Shown here: in pieces, positions 9,121 to 21,100 of the stretch
How the letters are laid out: the number at the start of each line of letters is the position of its first letter
Position numbering within the stretch: position 1 is the stretch's first letter
The notes under the pieces: generated by a model
Told to the model about the DNA's origin: nothing
The model's input: only the letters and a program-made list of their open reading frames with translations
Database searches by the model: none
Source of the DNA: a virus
Lineage: Duplodnaviria > Heunggongvirae > Uroviricota > Caudoviricetes
IMG/VR virus record: IMGVR_UViG_3300031784_000011
Span: 64,001-128,000 of that record
DNA length: 64,000 nt
Strand: one strand, 5' to 3'
Made by a program: the position numbers and the translations under genes

Positions 9121-12100
9121 TTAACATGCTTCTCCACAAAATGTGTTACAATAATCACCACAACCAGTACCGTATGTATATTGCGAAGTATATATTGGTG
9201 GTACGAAGTTTCCTCTAAACAATATAAACACATTTGTCACTCTCATAAGACAAACGCTATAATTACCAGGGGCGTTATAACCTTGTGTTGTGAATGTACC
9301 ATCACAACATTGGTATGCAAAGTATACTTGATTATCATCTGAGGCTGTTAAATCATTAATATCAACAAAAAAGTCTGTACACAAACAATCACCACAAGCA
9401 CCATCATACGTTATCTCCCCACCATAAGGACCTAATACACTTGGAATACTACATGAACATATCTCAATTGTACCACTTGCTGGGTACACATTTGGGTCAA
9501 GTATTTCTGTGGGTGTTCCTCCACCGCAACAAGTGGTATAGTTAACTATATTACCAGGTCCTAATCCTGTAATAATATATGACTCACAAACACATGGTGG
9601 AGTTGGGGTTGGGGTCGGAGTTGGAGTTGGGGTTGGGGTTGATGACGGATTTGAAACCGGAGATGGTGTTGGAGTGTTTGTTGGAGTGTTTGTTGGAGTT
9701 ACAGTCTTGGTTGGTGTATTTGTAGGAGTATTGGTTGGTGTTAAAGTTGGAGTAACTGTCCTTGTTGGAGTATTTGTAGGGGTAAAGGTTGGAGTTACAG
9801 TCTTGGTTGGAGTATTTGTAGGGGTAAAGGTTGGAGTTACAGTCTTGGTTGGTGTATTTGTAGGGGTAAAGGTTGGAGTTACAGTCTTGGTTGGTGTATT
9901 TGTAGGAGTATTGGTTGGTGTTAAAGTTGGAGTAACTGTCCTTGTTGGTGTATTTGTCGGTGTTTTTGTTGGGGTTAAAGTTGGTGTAACTGTTGGTGTA
10001 ACTGTTGGGGTTGGTGAAGGACAAGGGTGATAAGTTTCACATTCAGTACATGTATTGTATGTACCATACGCAGTGATTGCGGAACCAGGTACTCCTGGTC
10101 CGACTGAGTTTGTAACAAAATAACAACAACCATTAATTGATATATAACGGTTTACTAAAAGATTTGGGTTAAATCCATTTTGACAACCAAATTGAATTGT
10201 ATATTGTCCTGTTGTACCACAACATCCACATCTTTGTAAATCGAAAATCCAAGTGGCGCATGGGTTAGCTCCAATACATGTTTCACATGTATCAACACTA
10301 AATGATGATGGTGGATAATACCCGTCAACCCCACTAAAGTTTGGTGGTGAGTAGGTTTGACTATAACCTTCAACAAAATAACAACATCCATTTATAACAA
10401 TAGTTTGACCTTGTGAAATACCGCTTTGAACATAGGTCAAATTAGTTGTTATACTTAAATAAGAAATAGTATTACCTAAAATACCACCATCACAACATGG
10501 TAATAAATAAACATAACCAACCTGTAAGGATGGTGATGGTGTTACTGTGCTTGTTGGTGTTAATGTAGGAGTTAAAGTTGGTGTAACTGTTTTTGTTGGT
10601 GTATTGGTAGGGGTTACGGATGGTGTTCTCGTAGGAGTAACACTATTGGTTGGGGTGTTAGTCGGGGTTAAAGTTGGTGTAACTGTTCTTGTTGGTGTAT
10701 TGGTAGGGGTTACCGTAGGGCTAACAGTGGCGGCTGGAGTTCTTGTTGGAGTAACAGTATTTGTTGGGGTATTGGTTGGTGTGAGAGTTGGTGTAACTGT
10801 TCTTGTTGGTGTATTGGTAGGGGTTACCGTATTCGTAGGTGTAACAGTTCTGGTTGGTGTTGGTGTCGGGGTTGGTGATGGACAAAAATTTAGAGTTTCT
10901 CCTAAACATTGTGCACAACTTGTCTGAACAGTAGTGTAAATCGTACCTCCAGGTCCTACCTGTTGCACATACGTTGCACATAACTGAATGTCTTGTAAAT
11001 AAAATACCGTACCTAACAATGTACCTAATGGTACTTGACCATAATAAACATTGGTGTCACCAGGACAACATGATTCAAATCTAGCAGCAACATACTGAGG
11101 ACTAGCCGTTGGGGTTACTGTTTTGGTTGGTGTCAATGTTGGTGTAACAGTATTTGTTGGAGTGTTAGTTGGTGTTACGGTTGGACTAACTGTGGCAGCC
11201 GGTGTTCTTGTTGGTGTAACAGTATTTGTTGGGGTATTTGTTGGAGTTACCGTAGGACTAACAGTGGCTGCTGGAGTTCTTGTTGGGGTATTGGTTGGGG
11301 TAACAGTATTTGTGGGGGTTACTGTGTTCGTTGGGGTATTGGTAGGTGTATTTGTTGGTGTTAATGTTGGACTAACAGTAGCCGCTGGTGTTCTTGTTGG
11401 TGTAACAGTATTTGTTGGGGTATTTGTTGGAGTTACCGTATTTGTTGGAGTATTAGTTGGGGTGTTAGTTGGTGTTACAGTGTTGGTTGGTGTATTAGTT
11501 GGAGTTAAAGTTGGTGTAACTGTTCTTGTTGGTGTATTGGTAGGTGTAACTGTATTCGTAGGGGTGACTGTATTAGTTGGAGTGTTGGTTGGAGTATTAG
11601 TTGGAGTTAAGGTTGGACTAACAGTGGCAGCTGGTGTTCTTGTCGGGGTTACGGTATTAGTAGGGGTATTGGTTGGAGTTACCGTATTTGTTGGAGTATT
11701 AGTTGGGGTGTTGGTTGGAGTAACAGTGTTGGTTGGGGTGTTAGTAGGGGTGTTGGTCGGTGTAACTGTATTTGTTGGAGTAACAGTATTAGTAGGTGTG
11801 TTTGTTGGTGTGTTAGTCGGTGTTAATGTTGGACTAACAGTAGCCGCTGGTGTTCTCGTAGGAGTTACAGTATTGGTAGGAGTATTGGTAGGAGTAACGG
11901 TGTTTGTTGGGGTGTTTGTAGGAGTATTGGTTGGTGTTACAGTATTGGTTGGAGTATTGGTTGGTGTAAAAGTTGGTGTAACAGTTTTTGTTGGTGTATT
12001 AGTAGGAGTATTGGTCGGTGTGACAGTGTTGGTTGGTGTTACTGTATTTGTTGGAGTATTGGTTGGGGTATTGGTTGGTGTAAGGGTAGGACTAACAGTG

Positions 12101-15100
12101 GCTGCCGGAGTTCTTGTTGGAGTAACAGTATTGGTTGGGGTATTGGTTGGTGTAACAGTATTAGTCGGCGTATTGGTTGGAGTATTTGTTGGTGTGACTG
12201 TATTCGTTGGAGTGTTAGTAGGTGTAAAAGTTGGTGTGACGGTTCTTGTTGGTGTATTGGTTGGTGTAACGGTATTGGTTGGGGTGTTTGTGGGTGTAAG
12301 GGTAGGACTAACAGTGGCGGCCGGAGTTCTTGTTGGAGTCACTGTATTGGTCGGTGTGTTGGTGGGTGTGACTGTGTTAGTAGGTGTATTTGTAGGTGTA
12401 TTAGTTGGTGTGACTGTATTTGTTGGAGTGTTTGTTGGGGTGTTTGTGGGTGTAACAGTATTAGTAGGAGTATTGGTTGGTGTTACAGTTTTGGTTGGAG
12501 TGTTAGTAGGTGTAACAGTATTAGTAGGTGTATTGGTAGGTGTATTGGTTGGTGTAACAGTATTCGTAGGAGTATTTGTTGGAGTATTTGTTGGACTAAC
12601 AGTAGCTGCTGGTGTTCTTGTTGGTGTAACAGTATTAGTAGGAGTATTTGTTGGTGTAACAGTATTGGTTGGAGTATTAGTAGGTGTATTGGTTGGTGTA
12701 ACGGTATTGGTTGGGGTGTTTGTGGGTGTGTTAGTCGGAGTTACTGTATTGGTTGGTGTGAACGTAGGTGTAACCGTTTTAGTTGGTGTGTTGGTTGGTG
12801 TAACAGTATTAGTAGGTGTATTGGTAGGTGTATTGGTTGGTGTAACAGTATTCGTAGGAGTATTTGTTGGAGTATTTGTTGGACTAACAGTAGCTGCTGG
12901 TGTTCTTGTTGGGGTTACGGTATTAGTTGGGGTTACAGTGTTAGTCGGAGTGTTAGTTGGTGTATTCGTTGGTGTAACGGTATTTGTTGGGGTGTTAGTT
13001 GGTGTATTTGTTGGTGTTACTGTATTGGTAGGAGTATTTGTAGGACTCAATGTAGGTGTAACTGTATTGGTCGGTGTTAAAGTTGGTGTAACTGTCTTTG
13101 TTGGTGTATTAGTAGGTGTCTGAGTTGGTGTAACTGTATTAGTCGGAGTATTAGTAGGCGTAACAGTGTTTGTTGGAGTATTGGTTGGGGTATTTGTAGG
13201 AGTTACCGTATTGGTTGGGGTGTTTGTAGGAGTATTGGTAGGGGTGACAGTCTTGGTTGGAGTATTTGTGGGGGTAACAGTATTTGTTGGGGTAACCGTA
13301 TTAGTTGGTGTGTTGGTTGGAGTATTTGTTGGGGTTAGAGTTGGTGTAACAGTTTTTGTTGGTGTATTAGTTGGAGTAACGGTATTTGTTGGGGTATTGG
13401 TTGGGGTATTTGTAGGAGTTACCGTATTAGTCGGGGTATTAGTAGGCGTAACAGTGTTTGTTGGAGTATTGGTTGGGGTGTTTGTAGGAGTTAAGGTAGG
13501 TGTAACAGTCTTGGTTGGGGTGTTGGTTGGTGTAACTGTATTAGTAGGTGTGTTAGTTGGTGTAACTGTATTAGTAGGTGTATTTGTTGGAGTATTTGTT
13601 GGGGTAACAGTATTCGTAGGAGTATTGGTCGGTGTTAATGTAGGAGTAACAGTTCTTGTTGGAGTATTTGTTGGGGTAACAGTATTCGTAGGAGTATTAG
13701 TAGGTGTTAATGTAGGTGTAACAGTCTTGGTCGGAGTGTTTGTAGGAGTATTTGTTGGTGTAACAGTGTTTGTTGGTGTTACCGTGTTTGTAGGAGTATT
13801 GGTAGGAGTGTTCGTTGGAGTATTGGTTGGTGTTAATGTAGGTGTAACAGTATTAGTAGGTGTTAATGTAGGTGTAACAGTCTTGGTTGGGGTGTTTGTA
13901 GGAGTATTTGTTGGTGTAACGGTGTTCGTAGGGGTAACTGTAGGACTCAATGTAGGGGTTACAGTATTGGTCGGAGTATTAGTAGGTGTTAATGTAGGTG
14001 TAACAGTCTTGGTTGGTGTATTGGTTGGGGTAACCGTGTTAGTTGGTGTGTTGGTGGGTGTTACTGTATTAGTAGGAGTAACTGTAGGACTCAATGTAGG
14101 AGTTACAGTCTTGGTTGGTGTATTAGTGGGTGTGTTTGTTGGTGTAACAGTATTGGTTGGGGTAACCGTGTTAGTTGGTGTGTTGGTTGGAGTATTTGTT
14201 GGGGTATTGGTTGGGGTGACTGTCTTAGTCGGTGTATTAGTTGGGGTTACTGTATTTGTTGGTGTAACCGTATTTGTTGGTGTATTTGTGGGTGTATTGG
14301 TTGGAGTTAAAGTTGGTGTTACAGTTTTTGTTGGTGTGTTGGTCGGTGTAACTGTATTTGTTGGTGTATTTGTGGGTGTATTGGTCGGTGTAACTGTATT
14401 TGTTGGAGTATTTGTTGGGGTGTTAGTGGGTGTAACAGTATTAGTAGGAGTATTTGTGGGCGTATTGGTCGGTGTAACTGTATTTGTCGGAGTATTGGTT
14501 GGGGTATTTGTTGGTGTAACGGTGTTCGTAGGGGTAACTGTAGGACTCAATGTAGGGGTTACAGTGTTTGTAGGAGTGTTTGTGGGAGTGTTGGTTGGGG
14601 TAACTGTATTAGTAGGAGTAACTGTAGGGGTGACAGTTTTAGTAGGTGTATTAGTTGGAGTATTGGTAGGGGTTACAGTATTAGTAGGGGTATTTGTAGG
14701 AGTTAATGTAGGAGTTACAGTCTTGGTTGGGGTATTTGTTGGTGTAACGGTGTTCGTAGGGGTAACTGTAGGACTCAATGTGGGAGTCACCGTATTGGTC
14801 GGAGTATTGGTGGGGGTTACTGTATTAGTAGGAGTATTAGTAGGAGTATTGGTTGGGGTTACCGTGTTGGTCGGAGTTAAAGTTGGTGTAACAGTTTTTG
14901 TTGGTGTATTGGTTGGAGTTACAGTGTTCGTAGGGGTATTTGTTGGTGTTAGAGTTGGTGTAACAGTTTTTGTTGGTGTATTAGTAGGAGTTACGGTGTT
15001 AGTTGGAGTGTTGGTAGGTGTGTTAGTTGGTGTTACAGTGTTGGTTGGTGTATTAGTAGGTGTCTGAGTTGGTGTAACTGTCTTGGTTGGGGTATTAGTT

Positions 15101-18100
15101 GGCGTTACAGTATTGGTTGGGGTTACCGTATTTGTAGGAGTTACGGTATTGGTTGGAGTAACAGTATTAGTCGGCGTTACTGTGTTAGTTGGGGTGTTAG
15201 TGGGGGTAACAGTATTAGTAGGAGTAACGGAATTCGTGGGAGTGTTTGTAGGAGTGTTTGTTGGTGTTAATGTAGGTGTTACGGTTTTTGTTGGTGTATT
15301 GGTTGGGGTTACTGTATTTGTAGGAGTATTTGTAGGAGTTAAGGTAGGTGTAACAGTATTGGTTGGGGTATTGGTAGGTGTGTTGGTCGGGGTGACTGTG
15401 TTAGTTGGTGTAACTGTATTAGTTGGTGTATTCGTAGGGGTTTGAGTTGGTGTAACAGTATTGGTTGGGGTATTTGTTGGAGTTAAAGTTGGTGTGACAG
15501 TTTTTGTTGGTGTATTGGTAGGAGTTACGGTATTTGTAGGAGTATTAGTCGGTGTCTGAGTTGGTGTTACGGTGTTTGTTGGAGTATTGGTTGGAGTTAA
15601 TGTAGGTGTTACAGTCTTGGTTGGTGTATTAGTTGGTGTTACAGTATTAGTAGGTGTAACAGTATTAGTAGGTGTAACAGTGTTTGTAGGTGTAACGGTA
15701 TTGGTGGGAGTCACCGTATTAGTTGGTGTGTTAGTTGGGGTTACGGTGTTGGTTGGAGTAACGGTATTTGTTGGGGTGTTTGTAGGAGTGTTTGTTGGTG
15801 TTAATGTAGGTGTTACGGTTTTTGTTGGTGTATTGGTTGGTGTAACAGTATTTGTTGGTGTGTTGGTGGGTGTGTTGGTGGGTGTTACAGTATTAGTTGG
15901 GGTATTAGTAGGACTCAATGTTGGGGTAACAGTATTCGTTGGTGTTACAGTATTGGTTGGAGTGTTTGTTGGGGTATTTGTTGGGGTTACGGTATTAGTA
16001 GGGGTATTGGTTGGAGTTAATGTAGGAGTAACAGTCTTGGTTGGTGTATTAGTTGGCGTAACAGTGTTTGTTGGGGTGTTAGTTGGGGTATTTGTAGGGG
16101 TTACCGTATTGGTCGGAGTGTTGGTTGGTGTTAATGTAGGAGTAACAGTCTTGGTTGGAGTGTTTGTTGGGGTAACAGTATTGGTTGGAGTCACTGTATT
16201 AGTTGGTGTGTTGGTCGGTGTATTTGTTGGGGTTAAAGTTGGTGTGACAGTTTTTGTTGGTGTATTGGTTGGGGTTACTGTGTTAGTAGGAGTGTTTGTA
16301 GGTGTATTAGTAGGGGTATTAGTATTAGTCGGGGTATTGGTCGGTGTAACTGTATTCGTTGGAGTAACGGTAGGAGTTAATGTAGGAGTAACAGTCTTGG
16401 TTGGTGTATTAGTAGGTGTGTTAGTAGGGGTTACCGTATTGGTTGGGGTGTTAGTCGGGGTAACTGTGTTAGTTGGTGTGTTAGTTGGTGTGTTGGTCGG
16501 AGTTACCGTATTTGTTGGAGTATTTGTAGGGGTTAAGGTAGGCGTAACAGTTCTTGTTGGAGTATTGGTCGGTGTAACTGTATTCGTTGGAGTTACAGTG
16601 TTAGTGGGGGTTACGGTATTGGTCGGCGTTACAGTGTTAGTCGGTGTTACCGTATTAGTTGGAGTATTTGTTGGCGTAACAGTGTTTGTTGGAGTTACAG
16701 TGTTTGTGGGGGTATTGGTTGGAGTATTGGTGGGAGTCTGAGTTGGGGTGACTGTCTTAGTTGGGGTATTGGTCGGGGTAACTGTGTTGGTTGGAGTAAC
16801 GGTATTTGTTGGGGTATTGGTCGGGGTATTGGTTGGAGTTAAAGTTGGCGTAACAGTGTTTGTTGGTGTATTGGTAGGTGTTACAGTATTAGTTGGGGTA
16901 TTGGTTGGAGTTAAAGTTGGTGTAACAGTTTTTGTTGGTGTATTAGTTGGCGTTACAGTATTAGTTGGTGTGTTAGTTGGTGTGTTTGTTGGGGTTACCG
17001 TATTGGTCGGAGTTACCGTAGGACTCAATGTAGGAGTTACAGTATTAGTTGGTGTGTTGGTTGGTGTGACTGTATTCGTTGGAGTGTTAGTAGGTGTCTG
17101 AGTTGGGGTAACAGTATTTGTTGGAGTATTGGTAGGAGTATTGGTAGGGGTTACAGTATTGGTAGGAGTATTGGTAGGGGTTACAGTATTGGTAGGAGTA
17201 TTCGTTGGGGTTAGAGTTGGTGTAACAGTTTTGGTAGGAGTATTAGTAGGGGTTACAGTATTTGTAGGAGTTACCGTAGGACTCAATGTGGGAGTCACCG
17301 TATTAGTTGGTGTATTGGTTGGGGTTACGGTGTTGGTTGGAGTGTTTGTAGGTGTATTAGTTGGAGTAACAGTATTTGTAGGTGTATTAGTCGGGGTATT
17401 GGTTGGTGTTACGGTGTTGGTTGGGGTTAAAGTTGGTGTGACAGTTTTTGTTGGTGTATTGGTTGGCGTAACAGTGTTTGTCGGAGTATTAGTTGGGGTG
17501 TTGGTTGGTGTATTAGTTGGAGTTACAGTGTTGGTTGGAGTGTTAGTTGGTGTTACGGTATTGGTTGGGGTTACTGTGTTTGTAGGAGTATTGGTCGGTG
17601 TATTCGTTGGGGTTAGAGTTGGTGTAACAGTTTTGGTAGGAGTATTAGTAGGAGTTATAGTATTCGTTGGTGTGTTGGTCGGTGTAACAGTATTAGTTGG
17701 GGTGTTGGTTGGGGTGTTGGTTGGAGTAACAGTATTAGTTGGAGTATTAGTTGGGGTGTTGGTTGGAGTAACAGTGTTTGTTGGGGTTACCGTAGGGCTC
17801 AATGTGGGAGTTACAGTTTTAGTAGGGGTGTTTGTTGGAGTTACGGTGTTGGTTGGGGTATTGGTTGGTGTGTTAGTTGGTGTAACTGTATTAGTGGGAG
17901 TCACTGTAGGGCTCAATGTTGGAGTTACAGTGTTGGTTGGGGTGTTAGTTGGTGTATTGGTTGGTGTAACTGTATTCGTTGGAGTGTTTGTAGGAGTGTT
18001 GGTTGGGGTTACAGTATTAGTTGGTGTGTTGGTTGGAGTTAATGTAGGTGTAACGGTTCTTGTGGGGGTGTTGGTAGGGGTTACGGTATTAGTTGGAGTG

Positions 18101-21100
18101 TTTGTTGGGGTATTTGTTGGGGTTACGGTATTAGTTGGAGTGTTTGTTGGGGTATTTGTTGGGGTTACGGTATTAGTAGGGGTATTGGTTGGGGTATTTG
18201 TTGGGGTTACGGTATTAGTAGGGGTATTGGTTGGAGTTAATGTAGGTGTAACGGTTCTTGTGGGGGTGCTGGTAGGGGTTACGGTGTTAGTTGGAGTGTT
18301 GGTAGGTGTGTTAGTTGGCGTAACGGTGTTAGTTGGAGTCACAGTCGGACTCAATGTAGGTGTTACTGTATTTGTTGGGGTGTTGGTAGGGGTATTTGTA
18401 GGTGTTACGGTGTTGGTAGGTGTAACTGTTGGACTCAATGTAGGAGTCACAGTATTTGTTGGTGTATTTGTAGGTGTGTTAGTTGGGGTAACGGTATTAG
18501 TTGGAGTGTTGGTTGGTGTATTTGTTGGTGTTACTGTGTTAGTAGGGGTATTTGTGGGAGTATTTGTAGGTGTTACGGTGTTGGTAGGTGTAACTGTTGG
18601 ACTCAATGTGGGAGTCACAGTTTTAGTAGGAGTATTTGTAGGTGTTACGGTGTTGGTAGGTGTGTTTGTTGGGGTATTGGTTGGAGTTACCGTATTCGTC
18701 GGAGTATTAGTAGGGGTGTTAGTTGGAGTTACAGTGTTTGTTGGTGTGTTTGTAGGGGTATTGGTAGGTGTTACTGTGTTAGTAGGAGTATTTGTAGGAG
18801 TATTGGTTGGTGTTACGGTATTTGTAGGAGTTACAGTTGGTGTTAATGTAGGAGTCACCGTGTTTGTTGGGGTATTGGTGGGAGTATTTGTAGGGGTTAC
18901 CGTATTTGTCGGTGTATTGGTTGGTGTTAAAGTAGGTGTAACCGTTCTTGTTGGAGTGTTAGTTGGTGTAACCGTATTTGTAGGAGTATTAGTAGGGGTG
19001 TTGGTAGGGGTTACAGTATTCGTAGGGGTATTGGTTGGTGTATTCGTGGGTGTGACAGTATTAGTTGGTGTTACGGTTGGACTCAGTGTAGGGGTTACTG
19101 TATTGGTTGGAGTGTTAGTTGGGGTATTTGTAGGTGTAACTGTATTTGTTGGGGTGTTTGTAGGTGTATTAGTTGGTGTAACTGTATTAGTTGGTGTATT
19201 CGTAGGGGTTTGAGTTGGTGTAACAGTATTTGTAGGAGTCACAGTCGGACTCAATGTGGGAGTCACGGTCTTAGTCGGTGTGTTAGTAGGGGTAACTGTG
19301 TTCGTAGGAGTTACCGTAGGACTCAATGTAGGGGTGACAGTGTTGGTTGGAGTATTGGTTGGTGTGTTGGTTGGTGTTACGGTGTTTGTAGGAGTTACTG
19401 TATTAGTAGGAGTGTTCGTAGGGGTATTGGTAGGGGTTACTGTGTTAGTTGGAGTGTTAGTAGGTGTATTGGTAGGAGTAACTGTATTGGTTGGTGTATT
19501 TGTGGGTGTAACAGTGTTAGTTGGTGTGTTAGTTGGTGTGTTGGTAGGAGTTACGGTGTTAGTTGGAGTATTTGTAGGTGTCTGAGTTGGTGTAACTGTA
19601 TTCGTAGGGGTTACAGTCGGACTCAGTGTAGGTGTTACTGTGTTAGTCGGGGTAACTGTAGGTGTATTTGTTGGAGTTACAGTGTTGGTTGGGGTGTTGG
19701 TTGGAGTTACGGTGTTCGTTGGAGTATTGGTTGGTGTATTAGTTGGGGTTACTGTATTAGTTGGAGTATTGGTTGGGGTATTGGTTGGAGTTACAGTCTT
19801 GGTTGGTGTGTTGGTTGGTGTTACGGTGTTTGTTGGAGTATTGGTTGGAGTGTTTGTGGGGGTGTTGGTTGGTGTTACGGTGTTTGTTGGGGTGACTGTA
19901 TTGGTTGGAGTGTTTGTTGGGGTGTTGGTGGGAGTATTTGTAGGGGTTACCGTATTTGTCGGTGTATTGGTTGGTGTTAAAGTAGGTGTAACCGTTCTTG
20001 TTGGAGTTACAGTCGGACTCAATGTTGGAGTTACTGTATTGGTTGGTGTTAGTGTCGGGCTTAATGTTGGTGTAACAGTACTAGTTGGGGTATTGGTTGG
20101 GGTGTTGGTTGGAGTTACCGTATTGGTTGGTGTATTCGTCGGTGTATTTGTAGGTGTAACAGTATTCGTAGGTGTTACAGTTGGAGTATTGGTTGGGGTT
20201 ACTGTGTTAGTTGGAGTATTGGTGGGGGTATTGGTTGGAGTAACAGTATTTGTTGGTGTCACAGTCGGACTCAATGTTGGTGTAACAGTTTTTGTTGGGG
20301 TATTTGTCGGTGTCTGAGTTGGTGTTACGGTATTGGTTGGCGTATTGGTAGGAGTATTGGTTGGCGTATTTGTTGGAGTTACGGTATTAGTTGGTGTGAC
20401 TGTATTGGTTGGGGTGTTAGTCGGCGTGTTCGTAGGGGTGTTGGTTGGTGTTACCGTATTTGTTGGTGTATTAGTAGGTGTGTTAGTAGGTGTTACTGTA
20501 TTTGTAGGCGTGTTCGTGGGAGTCTGAGTTGGTGTTACAGTGTTAGTAGGAGTGTTAGTTGGCGTGTTAGTGGGTGTAACAGTATTAGTAGGAGTCACCG
20601 TTGGACTCAATGTAGGTGTAACAGTATTGGTTGGTGTGTTGGTCGGAGTGTTGGTAGGAGTTACAGTATTAGTAGGAGTCACCGTTGGACTCAATGTAGG
20701 TGTAACTGTATTTGTTGGGGTATTTGTTGGGGTATTGGTAGGAGTTACTGTATTAGTCGGAGTGTTGGTCGGGGTGTTGGTTGGAGTAACAGTGTTGGTG
20801 GGAGTATTGGTTGGAGTGTTAGTTGGTGTATTTGTTGGGGTTACGGTGTTGGTTGGAGATACCGTATTTGTAGGAGTATTGGTTGGAGTGTTAGTTGGGG
20901 TTAGTGTTGGGGTTACGGTGTTTGTTGGGGTATTGGTAGGTGTATTGGTTGGTGTAACGGTATTTGTAGGAGTAACAGTGTTGGTTGGAGTATTGGTAGG
21001 ACTTAATGTTGGCGTATTAGTTGGGGTTACGGTGCTGGTTGGAGTCACTGTTGGACTCAATGTAGGTGTAACTGTATTTGTTGGTGTGTTGGTAGGAGTG

